A DNA stretch of 64,000 nt, taken from IMG/VR virus record IMGVR_UViG_3300015189_000003, positions 2,050 to 66,049 of that record; one strand, 5' to 3'. The notes under the pieces were generated by a model. That model did not search any database. It was not told the DNA's origin and saw only the letters and a list, made by a program, of their open reading frames with translations. Positions 43,623 to 54,053 of the stretch are shown here, one piece after another. The translations under genes were made by a program, and so were the position numbers. Numbering within the stretch: the first letter of the stretch is position 1; every line of letters begins with the position of its first letter. The DNA is from a virus.

Positions 43623-43736
43623 ATGAGGATGCAATTCAGCCTCTTGGGCCTGTTTTCCGTGATGACGTGCGCGGCGGTGGTCGCGTGGTGTATTCCGCTC
43701 TACGTCCAGTCGCTGCGAATTATTTTCAACTGGTAG
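43623..43736 (+). CDS. Small TM peptide (MRMQFSLLGLFSVMTCAAVVAW...)
   Basis: Read from the raw sequence; QFSL..L...T..AV motif typical of planctomycete membrane proteins. Confidence 0.55.
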   Translation: MRMQFSLLGLFSVMTCAAVVAWCIPLYVQSLRIIFNW

Positions 43737-43740
43737 TCCC

Positions 43741-44685
43741 ATGCGCAAAGCCTTCACCCTCATCGAAATGACCATCGTCATCGCCATCATCGCCATTCTC
43801 GCTGGCATGGCCTTGTCGGTTTACAACACCGCAGCCCAACAGTCCAAGGGTATGCGGACGCGGGCTATCATTGCCAAGATTGACCAGTTGATTGGGGAGA
43901 AGTATGAGTGGTATAGGACGCGGCAGGTGCCGATTCGGATTCCTCCGATGACTCGCCCCGATGACGCTGCCAGGATTCGCCTTGATGCCTTGCGGGAGTT
44001 AATGCGGTTCGAGATGCCAGACCGGATAACCGATGTCACCGCTGGCCCAGCTTACGGAACTGCCCCCGATGTGATCCCGCAAGCAGGTTATCCCGTCTAC
44101 CCGCTGTACCGGCTGAATGCCCGGCCAGCACTCAACAAACAGTATCTACGCCGAGCGTTCCAAGCGGGGGTCGGAAGTGCCAGCCTGCAAAATTGGACGA
44201 ACGCAAACGAAAACGCCGAATGTCTCTACCTGATCCTGTCTTGCATGAGAGACGGCGACAAATCTGCCCTGGATTACTTCTCGCCCACGGAAATTGGCGA
44301 CGTTGACGGGGACGGCATGAATGAGATTCTCGACAGCTTCGGCCAGCCGATTGTGTGGCTGCGATGGGCACCGGGCTATCGTGCCGATGTCGCCCCGTAT
44401 CCGGTCACTCCGCAAGACGGTGGAACGCCAGACCCGTTTGACCCGTTTTTAGTTTACGGCAACACGATTCCATTTGCGATGAAACCTCTTATCTGGTCCG
44501 CTGGTCCCGACAAACGGCACGGAATCAGCGTGAATACGCCGAACGATATGAGCGGAGTGCCGATGCCCTATGCCATGAGTTCGCCGCCGAACGATCCTTA
44601 CTGGCAGCAGCCCGTGATGGTCGGCTGGCCTTTCAATGCAGATGCGACCGACAATATCACGAATCACGATCTCGAAGCCCGCTAA
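43741..44685 (+). CDS. Prepilin-type N-terminal cleavage/methylation protein (pseudopilin-like)
   Basis: MRKA-FTLIEMTIVIAIIAILAGM class III signal (A at -1, F+1, E+5); C-terminal EIGDVDGDG.NEILDSFG.PI.W.RW. Confidence 0.9.
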   Translation: MRKAFTLIEMTIVIAIIAILAGMALSVYNTAAQQSKGMRTRAIIAKIDQLIGEKYEWYRTRQVPIRIPPMTRPDDAARIRLDALRELMRFEMPDRITDVTAGPAYGTAPDVIPQAGYPVYPLYRLNARPALNKQYLRRAFQAGVGSASLQNWTNANENAECLYLILSCMRDGDKSALDYFSPTEIGDVDGDGMNEILDSFGQPIVWLRWAPGYRADVAPYPVTPQDGGTPDPFDPFLVYGNTIPFAMKPLIWSAGPDKRHGISVNTPNDMSGVPMPYAMSSPPNDPYWQQPVMVGWPFNADATDNITNHDLEAR

Positions 44686-46018
44686 TAAAATCTTCCCACC
44701 GCTCCGCCATTCTCTTCGCCGTAAATTCTAGCCGAGCCACTTCCTGGGCGTACAGCACTTGCTCGCTATTCTTCCCTGCCGCATCCGCTTCCAATATCGC
44801 CGCCGCCAGCTCTTGCGGCTTGGGGTTCACGGGAACTAGCCAACTCATCGGGCCAAAGTCATCCCGCACTTTCAACGCGGTCGGGTAACTGGTGGTCACA
44901 ACCGGAATGCCGTAGAGCCATGCCTCGATCACAGCCAGCGAGTTCGCTTCGTGGTGAGACGGGGCACAAAACACATCCGCATCTTGCATTAGGTTTCCGA
45001 GGTTGTCTTGCGGTCCCAAGATTGTCAGCCGTCCTTCTCTTTCCAGTGCGGGAAACTCTTTCGGCATTTGATACGGCGGGCCAGCGGCGACTAAGTGCCA
45101 GTCATGCGGCAGATAGAGAATTGCCCGCGCCAAGCCGTCCAGATTCTTCACGGAGTCAAACCGGCCAACAAACAAAACCGTCTTGGGGCGGTCCTTTGTC
45201 GGCGGTCGATCCGGTACAAGCCGATCTTCATCGGCCCCGTTCTGAATGACGGTTACGCGGGAGCGGTCCTTCTCATCGTCAAAATTGAGCAGGCATGTTT
45301 CATGGACGCAAGCAAGATGAGCGCCCGACTTTACGCCAGCCGCGGCGAATTCCTTTTGATTGGAGAAGCCCAGCGTTCCGTGCTGAATGTCAATCACCCG
45401 GTCGGCGAATCCCGCCACTCGCTGCGGCAAGTCGAGGCAGCCCCAGGAGAGCAGGAAGTCAACTTGCTCCATCACTTCCGGCAGGCGGTCGGCTTCCAGC
45501 AATCGAACATGCTTGGGTAGCCACGATTTCATTAGGTCGCTGGAATACTTGGAATCTTTCACCAGCACGTAATGGGCGACAACCTTTTGCGGGTCGAAGT
45601 TGCGGCACAGGGAAATTATCCAGCGTTCGGCCCCGCCGAGATTCATAGAGGGGGAGAGGAAGGCGACTTTGATAGGCTTCCACGGTTCACCCCACTTGCT
45701 GCCGCCAGGATAGGGGCATTTCTTCCCGGGGTCGCGAAGCAAGCCGTTAAGCATCGCCTGACCGCTGCCGCACGTTCCGCAGACCTTGCAGCCTTGCTTC
45801 TCTTCGTTCCAATGCTCGCAGCCCGATTTGCAGATTGATAGGCGGCGTTCGATTTCAAAGAGCGGGAGGGGAGGCGGAATGGGGCGCGGGAGAGCCTGCT
45901 CCGCTGAATCATTCGGTCCAGCTTCGCAAACCTCCTTGCACGACGGGCAAGCCATGCGTGGAATGGTCCGCTGCAAAGTGAAGCGATGAGCGGTCTGACA
46001 GTTGGGACACTTCCACAT
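44657..46018 (-). CDS. GT-B (family 4-like) glycosyltransferase with a Cys-rich N-terminal extension
   Basis: GGAERW, IQNGAD, FVGRFDSVKN, E-x7-E (EANSLAVIE). Confidence 0.85.
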   Translation of the reverse strand: MWKCPNCQTAHRFTLQRTIPRMACPSCKEVCEAGPNDSAEQALPRPIPPPLPLFEIERRLSICKSGCEHWNEEKQGCKVCGTCGSGQAMLNGLLRDPGKKCPYPGGSKWGEPWKPIKVAFLSPSMNLGGAERWIISLCRNFDPQKVVAHYVLVKDSKYSSDLMKSWLPKHVRLLEADRLPEVMEQVDFLLSWGCLDLPQRVAGFADRVIDIQHGTLGFSNQKEFAAAGVKSGAHLACVHETCLLNFDDEKDRSRVTVIQNGADEDRLVPDRPPTKDRPKTVLFVGRFDSVKNLDGLARAILYLPHDWHLVAAGPPYQMPKEFPALEREGRLTILGPQDNLGNLMQDADVFCAPSHHEANSLAVIEAWLYGIPVVTTSYPTALKVRDDFGPMSWLVPVNPKPQELAAAILEADAAGKNSEQVLYAQEVARLEFTAKRMAERWEDFISGLRDRDS

Positions 46019-46021
46019 AAA

Positions 46022-47716
46022 TTATCCGCAGAGAGTTGAGGCGTAAGCAGTCGTCCCCGTGGCATCGCATTGGATCGGGTTCGGCGAGGGGGCATTGGCG
46101 TACTGATAGAACGCCATCGGGATACGGTCCCAGGCGGTGCAGTCGGGAACCGCCGTCCCCAAGTTGGCTTGCCAGGACACTGAAGTTGCAGTTCCCGCGA
46201 CGTCCGCATATTGGAGAGTCGCCGTGAGGATGTAATCGGAACCGACAAGCCGAAGGACAGCACGCGCAACGCCGCTGCCTATGCCGCCCGGAATCGAACA
46301 TGGCGGGGTCGGGAAATCCTGCCAGATGCAGCCGCCGGTTCCGTCTTCGCCTTCGGCTTGCAGCACGTATGCCGGAATAGTGTCGCAGTCAGTACAAGAA
46401 CTGTCCGCCATTTCAGGGATTTCAAAGAGCAGGAATTCGCACATCGTGCCGTCAAGACACAGGCCGCAGGGGTCGCCAGGGCACGCCGCACATGTAGCAC
46501 AATCCAAATCCGCCGGTGCCGTTGCGTCATACGTCTTGCTGAAAACGAAATTATCAAATACTGCCCCGCTATTCCCGCCGAGACTTACCCAATATCCCGA
46601 TGCGGTTTCCGCAATCGCGGCATCAGCGCAAAGGCTACTCCCCCGCCCCGTGACCGTGCAGCTCAATACCCCCCGCGAATAACACAGCGACAAAGCCATG
46701 TACAAGGCTGAATCGGAAGTCACCGACACCGTTTGAGCATCTGTATCAAGCAGCGTATCCGAATTATCGTACAGCCGAAGCGTGCGAAGTCCACCCGAGT
46801 AAGTCAGCTTCGCGTACCCGTTGCCGATGAAGACTTTCGACTCTACCGCATTGTCTTGCACGTCCACCGTGACCTTGTGCGTCGTCTTCAACCCGGGATG
46901 GAAAATATGGTGCTGGATTTTCGACGGGCTTGTCCCAAGCGTCATCAGCCCGCCCGAGACGGAATAGCTGCCGGAAATCACATCCCAAAGGCACGGCTCG
47001 TCAGTCGTGAACGCATCCTGGCTAATCGAGCAAGAGGTATGGCACCAGGGGCAAGTCCTGTTACTGCCGCTTGGCGAGTCCCGGTAATAGCTCGCCTTGA
47101 AGTTATCGAACTGAGCGGCCATCGTCGATTTAATGCCCGAGAGCGTGCCGACAGTCGGGCCTTCCACCAGCGTCTGGCAGCTTATTGGAATCCGCGTGGC
47201 GTCGTTGGGAAACTCGATGAGGGCAATCACTTTGTCCTGAGTCTCGTAACCGTAGCTGCCGGTATTCGGAATGAGGCATACCCGCAGCCGATACCAGACG
47301 CCAGTCGTCAGCCCCCAGACTTGCACGCAATTGGTAACCGTTGTTCCAGGCGTGCAACTTCCGCCGACGCCTGCCACATAAGCGAACGCCGTGAGAATCG
47401 CACAAGAGCCAGACGCGTAAGTCAGCTTGGCCGCAAAGTAGTTGCTGGCGTCCGTTTTTCCGGTCTGCACTTCCACAGACCCATCAGTGGAGAGCTTGAA
47501 ATCAACGACGGCCGTCCGCGAATCGCCAGACGCACCGGGGAAAGCCGTCGTGTGCTTGTAGTCAGCCGCGGCAACCGCATCGAGGACGTTGCTGGCGAGA
47601 TTCCAGTCGGTGCCAGAGAGCTTCACCCACGGCGAGGCTACGGGCGTTTCGTTGGCGCGGGTGAAGGTGTCGGCGGCTATATCGGTGCAAGGAGCACAAC
47701 AGCATTTTGGAATCAC
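46022..47716 (-). CDS. Cys-rich tail fibre/receptor-binding protein
   Basis: GTGA-coupled start MIPKCCCAPC, two lectin-like D.F...W...SG.W modules and Cys clusters. Confidence 0.65.
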   Translation of the reverse strand: MIPKCCCAPCTDIAADTFTRANETPVASPWVKLSGTDWNLASNVLDAVAAADYKHTTAFPGASGDSRTAVVDFKLSTDGSVEVQTGKTDASNYFAAKLTYASGSCAILTAFAYVAGVGGSCTPGTTVTNCVQVWGLTTGVWYRLRVCLIPNTGSYGYETQDKVIALIEFPNDATRIPISCQTLVEGPTVGTLSGIKSTMAAQFDNFKASYYRDSPSGSNRTCPWCHTSCSISQDAFTTDEPCLWDVISGSYSVSGGLMTLGTSPSKIQHHIFHPGLKTTHKVTVDVQDNAVESKVFIGNGYAKLTYSGGLRTLRLYDNSDTLLDTDAQTVSVTSDSALYMALSLCYSRGVLSCTVTGRGSSLCADAAIAETASGYWVSLGGNSGAVFDNFVFSKTYDATAPADLDCATCAACPGDPCGLCLDGTMCEFLLFEIPEMADSSCTDCDTIPAYVLQAEGEDGTGGCIWQDFPTPPCSIPGGIGSGVARAVLRLVGSDYILTATLQYADVAGTATSVSWQANLGTAVPDCTAWDRIPMAFYQYANAPSPNPIQCDATGTTAYASTLCG

Positions 47717-49170
47717 GATTCGTAGCAGCTTACCAGCCACCTCCCGCAATTCCAAAATAGCGAGACATAGAGCCCGCTTGTCACAGCGCCAGCCAAGGCC
47801 GTCGCCTGGACGTTAAACGTCGTGTCGGCCAGAGTGCCGGACGCCGGGCGGTCCCAGACGCTAACGGTTCCCGTCGCCGCCGCGGCAATGTCCGCATCCG
47901 GCTTGCCGAGCATGATTTGGTCGAAAACCTCATAGGTGCTCGACTGGCTCAACTGCCGATCCACCCCGACACCAGACGGCAGCGACCAAACGCGCGTGCG
48001 GGTCGGCTCCCAGATAATCGCGTCATCAAAGCCGGTCGGAGTCCAGTCAACAACGCCGTTCCAGCAGACGTCATACAGCCGCGAAAGCCAGCCGTAATAA
48101 TCGGCCGCAACTTGCGCGGCCAAGGCCGCCAAGGTCGCCGAGTTGGTCGGCGCGCTGCCGGAATTCGCCGCCGTGTTGTAGGGATATTCGGCGTACAGAG
48201 TGGAGTGGAATATCCGTTCCTTGCCGCTCACTGTCGAAGTCGGCGGTTCGGCCGTTGCCGAGGCCGCGGAGGTCGTCGTGTAAATTTCTCCGTCGCAGTA
48301 GACGCTGTATTGCGACCAGCGGCGAAAGTTCACCCGAACGCTGGCCGGAATGTCGCCGAGCGAGGTCGACAAATCGCCGCCAGCCGCCAGCGACAATAAC
48401 CCCTGGTCATAATTGGCTTGCAATGCCGTTTTGGCGCTGGCGACAGATTGACTCGTGACTGTACCCGCTTCCGGGTCGCAGATGATTCGCTGGCCCACCG
48501 AGGCCGCGACAGCATCGAGCAGGACGGGGACAGGGACATACCGCCGAGTGAGCTCTACCCAATCAGGCTGCAAGTAGTCCGCATCGACCGAATCGACGGA
48601 AATCGTCACGCCAAGGGCCGTCCCGAGGCTAGAAAACAGCGTCGTCCACGTCGACGAACTTGTCAGTTCCAGATTTCCGGACGAGATGAATTGCCAGAAA
48701 TACCGAACGTCAACCAGCGGCAGGAGCCAGAGGGTTGCCGCGACTTCCGCAGCCGTTTGCGTCGTCCCCGGAACGATACCCGACACCGGCCGCGGAGGAA
48801 GCAAGTACAGGTCGATATATTGGACGTTGGTGTCCTCGTCGCCAATCGCCAGCTCCAAAGCCGTCGTGCCGCCCGCAGAGTGAGCCTGCGAGACGATTGA
48901 GTCTTTGGCCGTCCCGTTGCAGAGGAACCAGCCGCGAGCCCAGCGGCTTGCGCCAGAGGGCCAATAGAGGCTATTTAGCTTCGGAGGAGGGGGCGTCGGC
49001 CAGTTGTAGACCGGCAAGTTGATAGAATGGACGTTATCAGGATGCCTTGAGCCCGTGCTACTTGGCAGGGGCCCGTACAAATTCGCCTCCTCGAGCGGCA
49101 GCGTCCGGTTGATGAACGCTTCCACTTCCGGCGTCGGAATCAGCAGGGATATTCCACCGAAGGTTATCAT
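47713..49170 (-). CDS. Putative tail tip/hub protein
   Basis: 485-aa ORF; position in the tail module. Confidence 0.6.
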   Translation of the reverse strand: MITFGGISLLIPTPEVEAFINRTLPLEEANLYGPLPSSTGSRHPDNVHSINLPVYNWPTPPPPKLNSLYWPSGASRWARGWFLCNGTAKDSIVSQAHSAGGTTALELAIGDEDTNVQYIDLYLLPPRPVSGIVPGTTQTAAEVAATLWLLPLVDVRYFWQFISSGNLELTSSSTWTTLFSSLGTALGVTISVDSVDADYLQPDWVELTRRYVPVPVLLDAVAASVGQRIICDPEAGTVTSQSVASAKTALQANYDQGLLSLAAGGDLSTSLGDIPASVRVNFRRWSQYSVYCDGEIYTTTSAASATAEPPTSTVSGKERIFHSTLYAEYPYNTAANSGSAPTNSATLAALAAQVAADYYGWLSRLYDVCWNGVVDWTPTGFDDAIIWEPTRTRVWSLPSGVGVDRQLSQSSTYEVFDQIMLGKPDADIAAAATGTVSVWDRPASGTLADTTFNVQATALAGAVTSGLYVSLFWNCGRWLVSCYES

Positions 49171-49661
49171 GCTCCCGAAACGTCCCAGTCGAAGAGGACT
49201 TTGAACGTCAATTCAATCGCGCCCAGCCGCTTGAGCGACTTCGTGATTGAAAACGAGTGGGGCATCAGTGGATCCCGCGTTTGCGGATTGCCGGCCACCG
49301 TCGGAGACTGGACGGCCAGCGCCGCCATGACTTCCGTTGCCTTGCTCCACAGCCCGAGCGATTCGTTATTCAGTAGCTCGACATCCCGCCCTACCTGGTC
49401 GAGCATCAGCGGAGAGTGAATCTTGACCAGCAGGCCGGCCTCGACGGTCAGTTGCTCGATGCCGCCGCCGTCAATCATCCCCTCGTCAAACGTGCCGGAA
49501 GTCGGCGCGACGACGTAGAAGAATTCACCCGGAGTCGGTGGAATGCAGTCGGGGTCCAGGCAAAAGAAACAATTGGCGTCAGTGCAACCGTCGATCGCGG
49601 CCCGTAGCATCTCTACGGCCGCCGTGTAGACGTTCTGAGGCAATGCCTTGTCACGAGCCAT
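49167..49661 (-). CDS. Putative tail completion protein
   Basis: 164 aa ending ELTFKVLFDW; position. Confidence 0.5.
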   Translation of the reverse strand: MARDKALPQNVYTAAVEMLRAAIDGCTDANCFFCLDPDCIPPTPGEFFYVVAPTSGTFDEGMIDGGGIEQLTVEAGLLVKIHSPLMLDQVGRDVELLNNESLGLWSKATEVMAALAVQSPTVAGNPQTRDPLMPHSFSITKSLKRLGAIELTFKVLFDWDVSGA

Positions 49662-49717
49662 CTATCCCCCTCGTGCCGCCCAGGTTATCCCAGGCGGCTA
49701 AAAACGGTCGCCAAAGA

Positions 49718-50242
49718 CTAGGCAATCCGGTAAGTGATCCAGGTTGCCGCAGCCGTCTTGCGAGAACGGAACATGGCCGAATAGCCAGTGATGCCGCCGG
49801 TCGTGGCGTGCAAGGATTGCACGATGGGGCCGCCGACGATGGTATGACCGGTGCCAGCCGTGACCGTGATGGTGTCCGCCGCGGCGAGCGCGTTATTAAT
49901 TAACACCCAGTCAAACGAATCACCCGTGACGGGGCTGGACGAGTTCGCGGCGTCCATCAGCGTCCCCGTGGGGAGCGTGTAGGCGACCGTCGCGCCCGTA
50001 GCTGTCGGCGTGGCGTTGATGATTCCCGTCAGCAATTCGGCAACGGTTAGCGTGACCGCCACCGTCTTAGTGGTCGGGGCGCCTTGCTGCTTGAACACGG
50101 CGGGAGTGCGCCAGGCCAGACCATCCCAAACCAAGTGCTCCTTGGTCGTGGTATCAAAGAACCGCGCGCCAGGCTCGGCATTGGTGGGGCGGGCCGCGGT
50201 TGCGCCGGAAATATCCAGGCCGTTTTCTACGAGAGTTGCCAT
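49718..50242 (-). CDS. Putative structural protein
   Basis: 174 aa, Thr/Ala-rich. Confidence 0.6.
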   Translation of the reverse strand: MATLVENGLDISGATAARPTNAEPGARFFDTTTKEHLVWDGLAWRTPAVFKQQGAPTTKTVAVTLTVAELLTGIINATPTATGATVAYTLPTGTLMDAANSSSPVTGDSFDWVLINNALAAADTITVTAGTGHTIVGGPIVQSLHATTGGITGYSAMFRSRKTAAATWITYRIA

Positions 50243-50275
50243 CGAAAAATATCCTTAGAAAAAAAGGTGGAGTGT

Positions 50276-51913
50276 CTAAGCTACAAGGGTGTCCGCGATC
50301 GTTTCGGTTTCGCCCGTGAGGGACGGAAGCAAAAAGCCCTTCTCGCGCATATTGAAGTTGCGGTCGAACCACGTTTGGAGCTCGCCGCGATAGTCGTTGG
50401 CACAAGTCAACAGGAAGTAATCCGCCTCGACCTGGCCGTCCGTCGCGGCTTTCCGCATCGGCGTCTTGCCGCTGAAAATGGCCGCCGATGGTCCGCCCTT
50501 GTACAGTTCCGTCATTTCGACGAGAGCCGCATGATCGAAGTAAATCGACGTTCCGGCGCTGACCGCGGTCGAAATGCGGATCCGCAAATAAATCGCGGTC
50601 GGCATAATCTTCGGCGTGCGGAAAACACCGTTCTTGGCGACGAAACTCGTCGTCAAAGCCGAGCAGGTAATCGTGAACGAGTTAGCGGTCCCGGCCTCGT
50701 CGTTGACGACCGTTCCGCCGATGCCGTCCACCAGGTCAACCGTGATGACGCCAGCCGCGGGGACGACGTCGGCCAGCATCCACAGATTGAAGGCGTATTG
50801 AGTCAGCGCCTTGAGCGCGACCGCCTGATTGAGCGTGGTTAGCTGCGCGGCGTCCGAATCGAATTCGACCGCCTTCCCGATGAAGGCATTGGCCGAGCCG
50901 GCCGTCCCGGTCGCGGGCGTGTAGGTTCCGCCAGTCGTGTTATTCGTGATCGTGATTTGCGAGACGTTGCCGGCCTGGCCGGTGAACGTGATCGTGTGCG
51001 TGTAAAGCGGCGTCGTGCCGGTGCTCGTAACCGTCAGGTCTTCCAGGCCAGGAAATAGCCGCATGGCCGTTTGAATCGTCGCGGCCGTCGCGTTGTAGGC
51101 CAGGGCGGTCGTCGCGCGGGCCTTCGAGTTCGGGTCGGTCCAATTGATGATGTACGTCCCGGCCGTCGGCGGGCCCGTCACCGTCAGCGTCTGGACTTCA
51201 TAGCTCGTGCTCTTGAGCGTTGTGCCGACAGTAGCGACCGAGGGCACCCAGTAATCAGGGACATTCGTCAGCGTCCAGTCGTCGAAATCTCCGTTGGTCA
51301 AGAGCGAGGACGCGGCGTCCGTCGCCGTAATGCCGCGGGAACATGCCGAGCCGAGCGGCCAATCTTGCGACAGCTTGTCGGTGACAGCGACGTCGCCTTT
51401 TGCCGTGAAGCTGGCTTGCGAGGGCGTGGTATCGCCCGTGCAGGTGATTCGAATTGTTTCCGGCAAGAGGTTTTCTTGCGTCTTGCCGTCCGCCCGCTTG
51501 GCCGAGGCGACGAGAACCCCATCCCCGGTCCCGACGATCGAGCCGGCGGAGGCCGTCGGCTCGTTGGCGTCGACACTGGCGACATCCGTCACCATTTGCC
51601 GGATGAGAGCTTGCAGAGCGGTCGTCAAATCCTTGCGGTCGAGGTTCGCATCGGCTTGGAACATCTCAATCAGGTAGTCCGTGCTGGACTGCCGAATCGA
51701 GCCAGCCAGGCCGCTGCCGGACGATTGCCAGCCGCGGTTCGAGCCTTCCACCGGGGCGGCCGCCTTTTTGAGCGGCAGGGAAAGCGAATTGAACGAATCC
51801 AAAAACGTCTTGACCGTGTTCGGGACGGTCGTAAGCCGAGCCGTGTTCAATGTCTTTTGGACAAAGAAGCCGTGGCCGAGCGTCGTGAATAGATTCGTTA
51901 AGTTGACAGCCAT
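50276..51913 (-). CDS. Putative structural protein
   Basis: 545 aa, contains the TTALAYNATAATIQTA motif common in virion proteins. Confidence 0.65.
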   Translation of the reverse strand: MAVNLTNLFTTLGHGFFVQKTLNTARLTTVPNTVKTFLDSFNSLSLPLKKAAAPVEGSNRGWQSSGSGLAGSIRQSSTDYLIEMFQADANLDRKDLTTALQALIRQMVTDVASVDANEPTASAGSIVGTGDGVLVASAKRADGKTQENLLPETIRITCTGDTTPSQASFTAKGDVAVTDKLSQDWPLGSACSRGITATDAASSLLTNGDFDDWTLTNVPDYWVPSVATVGTTLKSTSYEVQTLTVTGPPTAGTYIINWTDPNSKARATTALAYNATAATIQTAMRLFPGLEDLTVTSTGTTPLYTHTITFTGQAGNVSQITITNNTTGGTYTPATGTAGSANAFIGKAVEFDSDAAQLTTLNQAVALKALTQYAFNLWMLADVVPAAGVITVDLVDGIGGTVVNDEAGTANSFTITCSALTTSFVAKNGVFRTPKIMPTAIYLRIRISTAVSAGTSIYFDHAALVEMTELYKGGPSAAIFSGKTPMRKAATDGQVEADYFLLTCANDYRGELQTWFDRNFNMREKGFLLPSLTGETETIADTLVA

Positions 51914-52219
51914 TTAGCCGATGAGTCGATAAACCAGGTGCCCGGAAACTTGAACCGCACCGCCGAGCGTCATCTTTAGGGCTTCGCCCGCGGCCGTTTC
52001 AAACCAGCCGTCGCCGTTGTCAATCGGGCAGGCGAGCGTTGACGTAGCCCCCATGGACATCGAGCCCGAAAGGGCGGTCGTGTTGCTGAACCACTGGATC
52101 GTTACGGCCGTTACGCTGTCGAGGACGTAGCCCATGACGCGAATTTGCTTGCCAGCCACCGCAGCGACGATGGTGTTCCCTGCCCCGGAAGTAGCGGCGG
52201 AAATTGAGGCGTAGGCCAT
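51914..52219 (-). CDS. Putative structural protein
   Basis: 101 aa after element copy 4. Confidence 0.65.
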   Translation of the reverse strand: MAYASISAATSGAGNTIVAAVAGKQIRVMGYVLDSVTAVTIQWFSNTTALSGSMSMGATSTLACPIDNGDGWFETAAGEALKMTLGGAVQVSGHLVYRLIG

Positions 52220-52234
52220 GTTTAGATTCCAAGA

Positions 52235-52307
52235 ACGAAAAAAAGCCGCCAAATCCAGGCCCGCTTTCAAGACGGGGAGAATTTGGCGGCTCAGGGAGGC
52301 TGATACC
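52235..52307 (-). terminator. Conserved element, copy 4
   Basis: GGTATCA-N8-GAGCCGCCAAAT...ATTTGGCGGCT-TTTTTTCGT. Confidence 0.75.
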
Positions 52308-52349
52308 GTCAGTGGTTATCTTAGCGGGCAGTGATTGTCTGGGTCAAAA

Positions 52350-54053
52350 TCATTGCAGGCCGCCAGAGCCATTCGGGTCGGTCCCGAGGACATATTGATT
52401 ATCCGCCGGACTGGCTTGATTCCACGGCAAGGATCCCGACGAATATTTCTCGGACTCTTTGGGAGCCCGCGAAAGGGCAAACACGTATTCGGCATCGGCG
52501 ACGTAAGTTACCCGGCCATCGCCGCCTTGTTCCGGCGGACGGAGATTTGGCTTGAACGTCTTGAGGTAGTGCTTGATTCCGTTGGCGTCGCTGAAATCCG
52601 AGAGCTTCCAGAGCTTTGGAGCTTCGCCCAACCGTTCCATTTCCACCTTGACGATTCGATAAGCCGTGCGATTATGGATACGCACGCCAATCAGGCTATC
52701 GGCGTCCGGCTCGCTGGCCGAGGACGCGACCGGCAGGAAAACCCGCCCGTCGTCTACGTCATAGTGGCTTTCCACCTTTGCATGGGTGTAAATCGCTTGC
52801 TGGTGGTCATAATTGGAAACCACAGGCAAAAAGCTGTCGGAGATAGACCCTTCCGAGGCCGAGATTGTCGAATCTTGCTGGGTGTCGCCGTAATCCTGCG
52901 CGGTGTCTTCCGGCTGTTGGTCGGCAACTTGCGGCATCTCGTGATTATTTTCGCACGGCGATTGCAGATGACAGACAAATAAGCCGGCGAGCGTTGCCGT
53001 GGAATATGGCCCATCGGTGTACGCCTTGCCAGGCTCGTACCCCGGAAGGTTAATTTCGGACATCCGTTTCCCGATGGTCTTTGTCACCAGCGCGCCGAAT
53101 GCCGCGCCGTTTTCGGCGTGCCGCTTGAACGTGGCTCGAGCTTCCACCGAATTGACGCCTTCGCCGAAATGGTCGGTGAAAGTGTAATCGGTGTAGTGGC
53201 CGGTCGCAGAGTCGCTAATTGCCGCCTTGAGGTAAATGATTTGCGCGGCTTTTTGCAGCAAGTACAGCTTGTCGCAGTAGGGCGGGCCGTCGAGCCGGAC
53301 GGATACCATCCCCTTGCCCGTCTGGCCGGACATATCGACGCCTTCGGTATGCGTCCCGCTCATGCGGACAACAAACGGCGGCGGGGCATCCCCGAGCATC
53401 TGCCGGTCTTCGATTTCGTAAGCCAGTTCCAAGCCGCCCGGGTCGACCATGTAATTCTGCCGCATTCGCTTCCAGCCGCGTTGCAGGACCGGCAGACACA
53501 TTCCACGGAACATATGGGCGTTGAGCCCGATGCGGGCGATTCGCAGCCGCCCGCGCCAATGGCGGGTCGTTACCAAGTCGCCGTCGATATCGTCGGAACA
53601 GCTCCACCGATTCGACAGGACCGGAGACGGATTTTCGGTACAGACGACTTTCGCGACCTCGATGGAAAACGAAACCCGGATTGTCGCCTGGCTGAATTTC
53701 GTAGCCCGGACAGATAGCACCTTCGGCCCGTTGTCGCAGTCGTTATTTGCGTTTCCCAGCAGTACCGAACTGCCGTTGATTTGGTAATCGAATTCCCCGC
53801 GATGCTCGCCGAGGACGGCTTCCATCGTCTTGAGCAGTTGCCCGACGTCGCCGCCGGCAATCGATCCGCCGGAAATACCGAGCTTTCTCACGGCAGCGAC
53901 CGCCGCGTCATAGGACATGAGGCTGTCAATCGTGACCCGGAACCGCGAAAACATTTGGTCCGTTCCGGACGAGTCATTTTGCGGCGTTTGCTCAAATTCC
54001 CGCGTTTGCACGTTCAGGAACTCGATGCCGCGATAATAGGCAGTCGTCGCCAT
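52350..54053 (-). CDS. Putative tail protein following the tape measure
   Basis: 567 aa; position. Confidence 0.65.
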   Translation of the reverse strand: MATTAYYRGIEFLNVQTREFEQTPQNDSSGTDQMFSRFRVTIDSLMSYDAAVAAVRKLGISGGSIAGGDVGQLLKTMEAVLGEHRGEFDYQINGSSVLLGNANNDCDNGPKVLSVRATKFSQATIRVSFSIEVAKVVCTENPSPVLSNRWSCSDDIDGDLVTTRHWRGRLRIARIGLNAHMFRGMCLPVLQRGWKRMRQNYMVDPGGLELAYEIEDRQMLGDAPPPFVVRMSGTHTEGVDMSGQTGKGMVSVRLDGPPYCDKLYLLQKAAQIIYLKAAISDSATGHYTDYTFTDHFGEGVNSVEARATFKRHAENGAAFGALVTKTIGKRMSEINLPGYEPGKAYTDGPYSTATLAGLFVCHLQSPCENNHEMPQVADQQPEDTAQDYGDTQQDSTISASEGSISDSFLPVVSNYDHQQAIYTHAKVESHYDVDDGRVFLPVASSASEPDADSLIGVRIHNRTAYRIVKVEMERLGEAPKLWKLSDFSDANGIKHYLKTFKPNLRPPEQGGDGRVTYVADAEYVFALSRAPKESEKYSSGSLPWNQASPADNQYVLGTDPNGSGGLQ

